From NCBI GenBank assembly GCA_028023455.1, contig JAQFVV010000003.1:18724001-18788000 (forward strand): DNA of 64,000 nt. Reading direction: 5' to 3'. Positions 12,700-25,099 of this stretch are shown one piece after another. A program made the position numbers and the translations under genes. The first letter of the stretch is position 1. The number at the start of each line of letters is the position of its first letter. The notes beneath the pieces were generated by a model. It saw only the letters and a program-made list of their open reading frames with translations. It made no database searches and was not told where the DNA came from. The DNA is from Epiperipatus broadwayi. Lineage: Eukaryota > Animalia > Onychophora.

Positions 12700-13200
12700 T
12701 AGCACGAAAGTATAGTTTAAAGAATTGATTAACCAAGTTGCATAGGTTGAGATTATATATAATTTAGATACAATTATAGGAGTACATTACAATTTAAATT
12801 ATACAGGGAAAGTTGGTTACAGATTTAGCTATTGCTTAGGGAAATTACAGAGAAATATTTAAGAGCTCTTAGAATGGAAAGTTACCTTAGTTTATCAATT
12901 GAAGCATTGTTAGTGCACTTAAAGATTTTGATCACAGTTATGAAATCTTTATGGGAGTCCATAACACTGGATATCTAGCTTTCATTTATAATTGCATCAT
13001 TCTGTTGACTCCAGCGGTGACAGCACTCTCTCTGGCATTAATAACAGCATTTCTGGTCTCACTGGTGGCAGCGGCAGGTCATGGGCATTTTCTTATCATT
13101 GGAGGTACAGAGATAGTATCGGGCTGCAGGATGACCATTCTCTGGGTAGGAAAATAACACCCTGCCTACCTGTTCTCCACCATTTTAGTTTCACACTAGA
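12700..13200 (-). pseudogene. Possible second decayed gag fragment
   Basis: Frameshifted reading KLDIQCYGLP/KDFITVIKIFKCTNNASIDKLR.LSILRALKYF loosely parallels the gag at 3599-4768 and lies upstream (minus sense) of the 10893-12138 LTR candidate. Confidence 0.3.
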
Positions 13201-14189
13201 GTCTGATTTACAAGAGCTTAAGTATATTATTATTATATTCTATCTCCCCTAAATTCCCGCTCTATATATACTAGCCAAGTATGAAATTAATTTTCCATAC
13301 TGGCTTACCTTATGGTGAAATAATCCATTAGCATATTTTCTATGACCACATCTGTTGTGTTTATTATTTGTTTTACTATCTAAAAGCTGCAGCAGGGTGC
13401 TGCAAGTACATTTACTTTAGTTACATTATTTTCAGATATCCTGATTACAGTAATTCTTTTGTTACAGTTTTACATAAATAAGATTTAACAAAAAATATTA
13501 TAAAGCGAAACCTTTAAGATGGTTTATTCCTCTGTTGATAACATTGCCAAAATTGTTGTTATCATTTTTTACTGGCTATGGGATTGCATTAGCGAACTAC
13601 TATTGTTGAGTTTCCCAACCCTCATTTTACTTTTTAATAAACAAAATTTGTGGCGTGATACTTTAAATATTTAAAATAAAAGAGCAAAATAATATTATTA
13701 AATGTAAGCCTTAAAGATATTATTGGAATATATATGTAATCTCGGCATACCTAATTTATGTGTTTATACATATACCCACATGCGAACATACTTTCAAATT
13801 ATAAATTAAATTGATCAATTTACCATTCCTTTAAATTATTAACTTGCCTATCTATAATATCTATATATATATATATATATGATAAATGCTTCGCATGTGT
13901 GTATATCTTGGCCAATTAAAACAACACACATTACAATAGGACTAGGGTTTAAACTAGGGTATGAGGATAGGTAAGGAATGAAGAAAGGTGAAACTAAGAT
14001 TTGCAGAGCGAATCTTACCATTTCAATATAAGGATGCAATGTTAGAAATAGAAACGAAAAGAGAAAATAGGTTTATATTTAGAGAAGGAAATAAGATAAA
14101 GATTTTATGTGTAAAGATAGAAAATAAATTTTTACAGATAATGTTTCATTGTAGTTTTAAGACAAAATTATTTAAAAGAAGGACTAATT

Positions 14190-17100
14190 AGGGTATTAGT
14201 ATAAAATTTGGTTTTATAAATATGTAAGACTATAGATATCAATAAGTGAAACAAGTTGAAGATCTTTATAGGAGAAAAATAAGATTTGTTATTAGTATTA
14301 GAGCTAGATTTCTTTTCTCCAGAGATATGAGTGGTAAACAATAAAGAGATGTGGTGACAATAAGATTATTCAGGATTATTGTTGAGGAGAATATCTTAGA
14401 AATTATAAAATGCATATAGGGGTTATATTGGAATTGGGTGAAGAAAAATGAATGTGGTGCATATTTTGTTAGGGAAATGGGGAGAATGCAAAAGAGTGGA
14501 ATAAGAATATTTTGAAATGTTTATATAAAGATATACATTAATTTAGAAACAAAAATTGTAAAATATTGATTGTATATTATGCACTCATTTTAAAGAAATT
14601 GATATAGTGGAAAATATGAATCAAGCATTATTAAAAATGATGTGTAAAGTAAAGTGAATTGAAAATTGGAAATTTAAATGAAGTGTATGATAGGGAGTTT
14701 ATTTGGTCGAGACAGGATCTGAAATATATTGTTGATTATGTGTTACTAGATAAAAAGGAATTAGAAAAGTTTAAAAAAAATCAAAGTTTGATAATGGAAA
14801 AAAAAAGATATAATAGTGATCATAATGCTATATTATTAGAATTAAAAGTAACTTAAAAGTTATATATTGAAACTTATAAAAAGATTAATAGTAATAAGTG
14901 ATGAGGTTATTTGAATAGGACTAATAATAAATTTGAATGGATTGTTAAGGATTGTGAACTTAAAATTTATGAAATCTATAATGAAGAACATTGTGAATGA
15001 ATGTTAATTTAGAATAATTGGATTAAGAAAAAATGGAACATTAATATTATAGAAAGTGTAAAAGAAATAAGAAAAGCATAAACGGACTATAAAGAGGCTA
15101 TTAAGAAATAAATGGAAAAAGAGGAGGTAATGATTAAACTTAAGAAAAAAATAAATAGAATAAAATCAAGATGAAATGAGGCAAACTTAAGAAATTAATT
15201 GTGAATATAAACAGTTTGGAAAGAGACAATTATGAAAAATTTTGGAGATATATGGGAAAATTTAAGAAAGGAAATGATGTTATATTGTTAAATGCAGAGA
15301 AAAGAGAATTTGATTATGGAAGAACTTATAAAAATACTCATTGAATTTGTAATAAAATCTTTGAATGAAAATAACTTCAGATATAAATTCATGGGAAGAT
15401 GGATAAAGTAACTGAACAATAAATAGATTATAGAAAAGAAAAAAAAGAGGATTAGATTATATAGCAGCTGAAATGGTAATATGTATGGGAAAATATTTAA
15501 GGGCTGCTTTAAAAAAAGTTTTAATATTAGATAATTGGATTGCAGTGAATGGAAGGTTGTAAGAATTAGATTATTGTATAAATTAAAAGAATAAGATTTT
15601 AGATTGTTAACTATCTATAATTCAATAGTTAATGAACTTACATAGTTTATAATATATATATTTATGTTAAATATTTTTAAGGATTTATTATGATGTAAAC
15701 AAATTTAAAGATTACATCATTGTAAACAATCAGATAACTTTACTTTTGATGATGTTAGAAAATCATTAATTACTAATTGCAGTTCTGAGTCTAAACATGT
15801 TTTCTCTATTAATCTGTAATAACTTTTTTGCCCTGAGTTTAATTAGAAGGAAAAACCATTTTCTTTCCCTTCTAACCCTGATTCACAAAACTCATATACT
15901 ATAAATAAAAAGTTGAATCTATGCAAGTAACAACAATAAAAAAAATACTCAATGCAAAGATACAGTACCTGCATTTGTTTTATCATCTGAAGATTTACCT
16001 ATTAGCAAGAAAAAGTGAAAATATGAAAACTATAGAACATTTGAATTTACCTGGACAGAAAATAAAGATAAGCCAATGAGTTATGTGTTGAATGTTAGAA
16101 AATCTTAGTTTAAGTTTTACGAAATTAAAGAGATATATGGAATCTAATCATGCATATTTATATAATAAAAATATTGAATACTTTCCACATAAATGTGAAG
16201 AATTGAAAACAAAAGAAATAGGTTTTTAAATATATTTATGCGATAACAAAACATCTCTTGAAATTTCTTTTTGAGTTAGTTATTGAATTGCTAAAGAAAA
16301 TGAATAAAACCTTGTATTAAAAGTAGAATATTTTGCAAGATTGATGAAAAATAATGATAAAAAATTTGGTAGATATTCTCTGATATCACAACTGCTAAAC
16401 ATATTAAGGAAATGGCATTATCTTTTCTCCAAAAATTTTACAATGCAACTAGATGAATGTATGGATGTTCTTGGTTTTCCTATTTTGATAGCATTTGTTT
16501 ATTATATTTTTAATCCAATAAGATATGTTTTTTTGCAAACCTTCTGTAGATAGAATTACTAGAGAAAAAAATTTTTGAACAGATTGATAACTACATGAAT
16601 GAACATGAAATAACTTAGGATTTGTTTTCACATAAGGTCCAAATGAAGAATAATATCTCCATCCATTAAATATTTCCATTGTTGTCTTCATTGCAATGTG
16701 TATGTGATGAAACAAATATCAAAAACATTAAAAGAGCTTTTGGGTGATATTGTAAAAATTATAAATTCCATCAAATCCAAAGAATTAAATTCAATATTAT
16801 TTACTTTGTTATGTGATGAAATGTCTAGAAACTACAAAACCCTGCTTTTAAATGCAGAAGAGATTATGATTATCACAAGGAAAAATCTTTGGCTGATTTT
16901 TTGAGTTAAAAGCTGATGTAAGGATTTTTTAAACTAACATAAATATGAATATCCTCCAAAATTAGATGAAGAAATGTAATTGCAATTGATGGCTATTTGT
17001 CTGATATATTTTCAATTTTAAATGAAATTAATAAATTTCTTCAAAAACTTAAGATATATTTTACATGTAGCAATGAAAACAAAATACAGAAATAGATTGG

Positions 17101-18600
17101 ATGCTGAATATGAATTGTACTTATAATAACCAATAAAACCTAATTTAATATTTTATTACAATAAATTTATGTACATTCTTGTCATGAAAATTATGTAGCA
17201 ATGATTAGTAAATTAATAATTTACCCTATTTAACTTATAATAAAGTTGTTTTATAAAAAATGTAATGAAATAATAATCTTTACTATTTTTTTTTTTCTGG
17301 AAATGGTAGAGGTTCCACAATATATATCTACAATTTTAAAGATTCCATTAGTTGATCCATTTAGAAGACCACTGCATTAGAGGGAGTTGATTATTATTTG
17401 ATGCAAAAACGAGCTTTAAATACTAAAGAAAGATGCAAAAAAGGAATAATACTGAAAATATAATTTATTTAAAGATCATAAAAGAAAAATAATTATCTTA
17501 TATAAAAGACGGGGAGGGGGGTATTGAACATTTATTTTTTGAAGAATAGATTGTTGAAAGAGATCAAAATAAATTATTTTCTTTAGATCTTTATTAGAAA
17601 ATAGGGAAATTAAAAATAGAGTAATGGAATTAATAAACAGCATTTAAAATAGAAAAATGTTTTGATAATAATCAGAAATATATGAGTTTATTGTGGAATA
17701 TAATTTTTTCAAAGGAAAGGCTTGTTTAGCTAATAGAGTCCTATTCCTCTGAAATTTCTGACTTCATCTAATATGAAACCATTTTATATCAGAATCAAAA
17801 ATATGGTTAAATGGCATTAATTTAATATTATCATTTCTTCTATTTGTGATTATTATAAAAATATATTTATTATTAGATTTTGGAATATAGATATAAATCC
17901 CTCTATGACAAATATGTTAGTAATAACCAAAATATCAATGAATACAATGGTAAAAAAGTAAAACTGCCATTTAATACTTCACTGCTGGCTAAAGCGCTTT
18001 TCAGCAATATTTCATAGATGAACAGTCACAGAGAAGGTAGTATTTAACAGACTTGCCTTTTGCTGGATGATGGAAATGTGAGCATTTTTTCAGCCTTGTT
18101 TTATATTACTGGCCAATATTGAATAGTTATCCAAATTGCCTGTGCTAAATATGTTAAAAGTCTGGATTTGAACTCAGATGTGTAGTATTCAAAAAAATAC
18201 TTTATATAAACATATCCAAATTATTAAAAGGAAAATAGCCCACATCTGATTCAAGGTAATAGATATTTTAGGTATTTCTAGTATAAATATATATATATAT
18301 ATGTCTATCTAATTTAAACAATGGATTGTTCTACTCTGACAGATATTATAAACAAATATACAATAAATTATATATACAATTTAATCACCTATGCCATCCA
18401 GGTAGTATTACAGAATTTGAATTACAAGCAGACAAAAAAGTGAATTCATTCTCCATTTTCAATCTAAATTTATAAACTATAAATCAAGCACTGTAAGAAA
18501 AGGAATAATAGCCACATACAAGCTTATTAAAAACATTACATTTTAATGTTGCTCATAAATAGAAATTAGCAAGTTAATTGAGTTTCTTATCAAATTATTA
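14190..18600 (+). mobile_element. Highly decayed LINE ORF2 (APE endonuclease plus RT), interrupted by a hAT element
   Basis: IKFGFIN near 14200; KIGNLNEV...YNSDHNAILLEL (ORF 14659..14856; APE GDFN and SDH motifs); degenerate LAFADD at ~18053. Boundaries approximate. Confidence 0.55.
16030..17374 (+). mobile_element. Charlie/ZBED5-type hAT transposase remnant with right terminus
   Basis: Peptides LENLSLSFTKLKRYMESNH, QLDECMDVLGFPILIAFVYYIFN and LKELLGDIVKIINSIKSKELNSILFTLLCDEMSRNYKTLLLNAE match the Charlie transposase pattern. The end gaagaccactg (17364-17374) is the reverse complement of a CAGTGGTC-type hAT terminus. Confidence 0.8.
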
Positions 18601-19184
18601 TTGGCTTATTTAAATATTCGTTTTTATTTTTATAATGTATGATTTATGGATTATTTGTTAGTTTAGATGGGTAATGGATTCTTATAATAATAAGTGGCAT
18701 TGCTGGTTAATTGTATTCATAGTTTGTCATGATATATATTTAATAAAATATATTTTACAAGAGTATGTAGACAATTATTAACTATTACAGTAATCAATTT
18801 TTGGTATCAAAAGTCTGGCTAAGCAGAGTAATAAATAATGTTTTATACCAAAAATGTATTATTGTAAAATTTATTACTGTAATAGTTGATAATTGTCTAC
18901 GTACTCTTGTAGAATATATTTTATCACATATTATCTATGGTATATACATATATTATAGTTTATTTATATGTATATAAATTACATCTCTGAAAAAACTATT
19001 ACTCCAATTCCATTTGTTTGAATTTTGCACATAATGACTAAGATATCAAGTTTTGTAATTTGAATTTAATTTAAACAAGGCAAAACTCTTCATACAGTAG
19101 TGCCACCCTGTGCCAACCAGAATAATCAGTGGATGCCAGAAGGTATGTGCATAAAATCCCTATCTAGTGCCTACTCATCCAATA

Positions 19185-19226
19185 TCCCCAGACTAGTTTC
19201 TGGGTTGTGGCCTTCGTCAATGAGGA
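19185..19226 (-). ncRNA. Hammerhead ribozyme motif A1 (core C3U variant, probably impaired)
   Basis: Minus strand: tcctca TTGACGA a ggc cacaa ccc a GAAA ctag TC tgggga. Confidence 0.6.
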
Positions 19227-19448
19227 TCCTTGGATCTGAGAGCACTGCACCTAGATCTTAGGATCTAATGCAACCCTCCAGCAGCCACCTTTTATCTCTA
19301 CTTAATTACAAAACTATGAGAATCAATTTCATTCTCATAGTTTTGAATTTCATTCTCATAGTTTTGTAGTTAAATAGATATAAAACGTGGCTGCTGGAGG
19401 GTTGCATTAGATCCTAAGATCTAGGTGCAATGCTCTCAGATCCGAGGT

Positions 19449-19490
19449 TCCTCACTGACGAAGGCCACAAGCCAGAAACTAGTCTGAGGA
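19449..19490 (+). ncRNA. Minimal type I hammerhead ribozyme motif A2
   Basis: tcctca CTGACGA a ggc cacaa gcc a GAAA ctag TC tgagga. Stem I is 6 bp and extendable, stem II is GGC/GCC, stem III is the palindrome ACTAGT, and the GUC triplet predicts cleavage after 19484. Confidence 0.8.
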
Positions 19491-20369
19491 TCTTGGATGA
19501 GTAGGCACTAGATAGGGATTTTATGCACAAACCTTCTGGCATTCATTGATTACTCTGGTTGGCACAGGATGACACTATTGTATGGAGAGTTTTGCCTTGT
19601 TTAATAACAATTATGTGCTAGTATAAGAGATGGTGATCATGTGTTGAATTTAATTTACTGTCCTTTCTTTTTATAGATAAGAAAGTGTGTGTCCCAGATT
19701 AAAGTTATAATTATAAATAGAAGTTGAATGACATGAAAATTATTTAGGATCTTGCATAAAATCACCCCTAGGTTTAATCTCCAGAAAATGAACTATTTCA
19801 AAAAATATTCTATATAAATATATATCACTCAATCTTTCAAAGGGATTATCATGTAAACATTCTTTGTGTTTATATTAGTTTTATCAGAGATATATTTTAG
19901 ATTTTTGTGCTATTGTTGTCATCAAAATTCTTTAAATAATGAGATAGAATTTAAGTTTTATTCTTGCTAGCCATATATATATAAAGTTAGACACATTAAT
20001 ATTAAGTGTTATGTTGGAAGTAATAAGCAACTAGCCATATTCTTACTTTTTTAATAGAAAGTCAGACATAGTAATATTACTAAAAATCATGTTGGGGATA
20101 ATAAATGACACTGTTTACTAAAATGGAATTCTGCATAATATACATTTGTCATTTGAAAAACTTCTGTATGGTCATTCAAGAAAAATCAAGATAATAAATA
20201 CATTATAGACAAATTTAAGACTTTGGCCATCATTACATATCATTTTAACCAAAAGTTCTATATAACTGGGATTGAATCAAATACTCCCTGTGAGGAATCG
20301 ATAATTATTTTCTGAAATTATTCACCTAAATTTAATCTTAATATATATCTAATCAAGCCTTTTCCACTT

Positions 20370-20590
20370 TGTAATGAACCTACAGTTCCAAGACCAGCCA
20401 TCAGAAAGGCATCTCATCAGATAACAAAAAGTGACAAGTCAATAATGATGGGTCATCACCCAGCTGTGTGAACCTACAATTCCAAGAACAGCCATTTGCA
20501 AAACCTTATCAGATGACAAAATTGAAAACCAACAGTGATGAGTCATCAGTTGGCTGTGATGAATCTACTGTTCCAAGATCATCAAACCAG
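20370..20590 (+). repeat. Diverged ~90-bp tandem repeat, ~2.5 copies, possibly once coding
   Basis: gaa(c/t)ctac(a/t)(g/a)ttccaaga recurs at ~20376, 20470 and 20560, reading C(N/D)E(P/S)T(V/I)PR across frameshifts. Confidence 0.6.
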
Positions 20591-23500
20591 AAGAAACTAC
20601 AAAGGAAAGAAGATGCCTACCAATGCTTTTGCATAACTACATTCTCCAGGGCAAATTTTAGCCAGGGGATAGGGAATGTGTTATATATCTCACCTTGGCT
20701 TCAAAAAATGGACTAGTCCAGATTCCTTCTTATTTAGATCAGAATGAGCATTGATCGTGACTAACCAATGCATATATGAAGAGATAACGCATAGCCAATA
20801 GCTAGAACTGCCAATAGGCAATGATACTCACTGAATCTGAATGTTTCCATTAAGGTTGGGGATCTGGCAATAAATAGTCAGCCTTTTTAAATGTAAGATC
20901 AGAGAATAACTGTTAAGTCTGAATAACAGTAGTCTGGTTCTCCATATACAATTGAAGGGTTTTTCTAACCTTAACAGCAGTTATTGTTCTCCAGACTATA
21001 GCTATTTAAGCTAATGCTACACAGTGAGGCAAAACCATATTCAGAACTGGAAGCTGCTGGAACCAAAACTGACTCAGGGCAAGCTATCTTTACAACCAAA
21101 AAGATCGGCATACCTACTCACGAGGCAGGCTGCCAAGTACAGCTAGAAATGGGTAGGAAATCTATCAAGGAATGTACAGTCCCATTTTCAATAGTTCACC
21201 CTAGAACTGGGAACTATACCTTGCCAACATAGCAGACAGAATATGGCTATTTATAAAGAACAACTGTAAATCGAGTGAATGTTTTGTATATATATATATA
21301 TATTACTAGTAAATATATTATAAAATGTATGCTGTATGCTTAAATGCACCTACATATATAGGTATAAACTTAATGAGAAAATCTAAGTTTAACAAATTAA
21401 AGAATTTTAAAAGACTGATTCTTTTAAAATAGTTAGTAAAAGATTTATAAATTTTAAGATTAGAAAAAGATTATTTTCTAAAAATAATAAGTCTAATTAA
21501 TGAGAATACAATATGTCGTTAATGAAATAAAACAATTGAAGGAATTCAAGTGCAGATTTCCTTTATAAGATAAACTGAAATTAACTCATTAATTAGTCAG
21601 AAAGATAATGATGTAAATTCTTTTATGGAGAATAAAATGAAGAATCATTTGAGTGGATGGACAGGAGTACAAACCAATCAACTGCAGGGATTAAAACAAT
21701 GAAAACCTCTACGAATTTGAGGAAGAAGACTACACTTGATTCTTGGAGCTTCACCTGTGCACACTGATATATATATTGTAGTAGATCGTCTCCCATGGAA
21801 CTGTGACTTCAAGTATGGAGAGCTGACCTCTGAATGTGGGAACAGTCAGGTAGGACTCTCAGTCCTTGTATGTATGTAAATAGTTAAAACGCTATTAAGG
21901 ATTGTTCATTATATTATCTAAATATTAACTGTTTAGTAGTGATTTGTACTTGTGAGAAATGCACTCTTAGATCAGCTAGATATAACAGTATCCACTTAAA
22001 GAGGAAGAAGGCTTTAGCTGAATTTATTAATTCAAGACTTTAAAGATTTGAGAGTGTAATTTTTAAAAGAAGTTTACTACTAATTTTGTAAAAGACTTTT
22101 GCTTATACAAATTGTGCAATGGGTTAAATATTTATTAAATCCAAGTAGTTTCTTCTGGAATTTTAAAGGAATTTTATGATAGAAGTCTGTTGTTGAAAGA
22201 TTATAAATATTTGTTTGCTTGCTAATTTCAGCCATTGGTGTGCTTAATATCACAATACAGTACATAGAAGGCAATGAGACTTTGAGAGTGACATTAGTAA
22301 TCTTAATTTTTAGCCTTACATTTTTTCTGTGGGTCTAAACATGTACCCATCAGAAAATTTATTCCAAATCTTCTTATTAAATACTGATTTAGTTTTGTTT
22401 ACCAATGTAAATATCTGAATATTCAGCATTTGATAAAGATGGGTATGAAGTTATCATCTAGTCATCATTTGCCATGCAGCCAGCCGATTTATCTAAGTGA
22501 AGTTTAGATGGCTGGCTGAATTTATTCAATGGGGATTCAGTTAAATAAATACTGATGTAATAACTTAATCACAAACAGATTATTGGCAATATAGCCAGTA
22601 ATTGTAGAACAAGAGGTAAGCACATGTGTGCTACCTATAGAGTTTATGCACTCATGAAGAAAAAAGATCATTGTATATTACAAGCAGTGCAGATAATAAT
22701 GAAGAACATTGAACAATGCTTCTAGATGAAGTTTTGAGCTGCTACATTTTATTCTACTTTTTATGCAATTAAATAATAATACAAGATAATCAAAGATAAT
22801 GGAAAAGAGGATCAATGATTTAGTCAGTAATTAGTTGATTAAAGTATGTAACATTCAAATTGCAGAAATGACTGGTAGAGCTTCAGAAACCCCTTCAAGC
22901 AAAACTGCACAGGATATGATAGACAAAAATATATGTTCAATTCAAGTTAATTCTGATAGCTATGCTATCTGAAGCTTTATTTCTCAGTCACATGTGAAGC
23001 AAATTCATGATAAATTAATATTTCATGCCTCATTGATATCTCTTTAATAGATATATAACAAAGTAAATTAATCTAAGAGGATTCATGACAATATATATCA
23101 GAATGTACAGAGTAAATTATCTATATTACCTCAAGTAATACGTGTGTGTTTGATGGTGTATTTAAATATATTTGTAATTTTTTCATTTGATTTATCTTAC
23201 ATCAGTAATTATATTTTTTTTTTTACCTGCATCTTATATTATATTGATTTGAATAAATGAAGCATAGTAATAATAAGCCAGTTATAAATATAAACTGGTT
23301 AGTATTCTTACTGTTTACTAGTTTACCACAGAATAATCACATTATTTTAAAATGAAACTTTGCTTTAGGCTTAGTATTTATAAAATTTTATCATGCATAA
23401 AACAATTTAGACTGCAAACTATTATTTTATTTTTTGTTCTTATTTTCTGTTTGTATATGTATGAGCATATATGCAAATATAAATGCATGTTTTCTGTCTA

Positions 23501-25099
23501 CATTAACCAGACAGATTCTGGATAAGGTAGATATTCCTATTTTATAGTATATTAATAAATAATATTACAATATTGAAGAATGCTATTATAAAGTATTTCA
23601 TAAATTTGATTAATTTTTTAAGGATGATATATATACATATATTTGATAAAAATTGAATTTTGTTTTCTAATTTTTTTTCTAAAGAAATTTCATGATCACT
23701 TTACTATAACATCTGAAAATATTCCTTTTTACTGACAAATATATCTATCAAAATATCATGAAAAAAAATATTTTTTTTTATTAAATTAAACATATCATAT
23801 GAACTTTCACTTCCTAATTTGATCCCTATTGCTAGTATGGTAATATTTTTTACATTATTTTAAAATAATTCCTAATTTATGTGCTGCAGTATATCTTTCT
23901 GTGTAAGAAATATATTGACTAGTCCTTTTTTATCAAAATTCTTGTAATTATTTTTAAATCCTGAGGAACTTCTGCATGATAATTTCATTTCATGATCTAT
24001 TTCTAAGATTAGTAGAAAATAATCTTCTGAATGGAGAATGATTGTTTTGTTTTTTTTGTTTTTTTATGGGTCTTGCAACTTAGTCTACTTTATGTGGCTG
24101 TGTGATTTAATTTCTCAATAAAGAATATTAAATATTAATTCAAATTAATAATGTAATTAGTAGAAACAACAGAGAAACATTAGTTTTTACTCTCTTTTTT
24201 TTTTTGTTAGTTTTTTATTTTATCCTCGTGCAATCAGGCTTAAATTATTTATCACAAGATGTTTATTCTACAAGATGCCAATGAGATATAGTATGTGCAG
24301 AACCATTTCTCTATGGAAAACTGAAAATGAAGTTGTGCTTAATGTTTCTTTTTTGTAATTAATTTCTTATTATTTTTTTCATAAATTCTAAGATTTCATA
24401 AGGTATATGTAATAAGTTTTTGTTAATTAATTGATTTGAAGCAAATATGGGGTTTAATTTTATTTAATTTCAATACTTTTAATTTAAATGAAAACTGTAA
24501 ATTAATTTTATTTACTTCTTTTAACTATAAATTTACTAAAAAAAAAACTTAATATCAAAAAAACCTGCTGTGTACAGCACCATGAGTACTGCAGTCATGA
24601 TAAAGGTGGTCGGCAAGCAGAAATAATTGTAACATAAAAAAATTTTGTGACTAAACTTGATATTTATTTGCCAACAAGATAACAACAATAAAATAAACTT
24701 AACAATACTTCATATATAACAACTTAATAAATAATAATGCATAGATTAGTATTAAAAAATTTACAACATACTGCCATGAAGACACATGCTCAATCATAAT
24801 AAGGCTGGTATGGCCCATGAAAGTCCCTAGATTCATTTTGAAACTTCAGTGATGGAGGTCACTGGGTACATCCACAGTTCTCTTGAACATTTGGCCTTGG
24901 GTTTAAATGATCAGTTCCATCAATACGAGTGTATGTATGACTTCAATTCTTTTTATAGGTAAGTTTTTATCCTTTTTCAGCGATGAAGAAATATGAAAAT
25001 AATTAAAATGGCTCTTTCAGGAAAAGTGAATATATATAATTCTGTAAGTTGCTAAGAAAAGACTTAATAATCATATAAAGAAATGTAACTTTCAAATGA

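Larger units (their letters stand above)
19071..19603. mobile_element. Family A hammerhead repeat: two copies head-to-head forming a ~530-bp imperfect palindrome
   Basis: 19071-19323 is the reverse complement of 19352-19603. The spacer contains a 21-bp duplication. Further copies are at 31203, 36017 and 61249. Confidence 0.9.

Noticed and set aside
13309-13379. 71-bp minus-strand segment with AG/GT boundaries and two open frames
   Set aside because: Expected by chance at this length in AT-rich DNA, and there is no supporting motif.
21777-22081. TGTAGTAG start after (AT)n, possibly another solo LTR
   Set aside because: No matching CA-ended terminus or TSD found.
24831-24958. Exon-like segment ending TAG|GTAAGT (IHFETSVMEVTGYIHSS...)
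   Set aside because: Weak acceptor, phase incompatible with the 28529 candidate, and no recognisable product.
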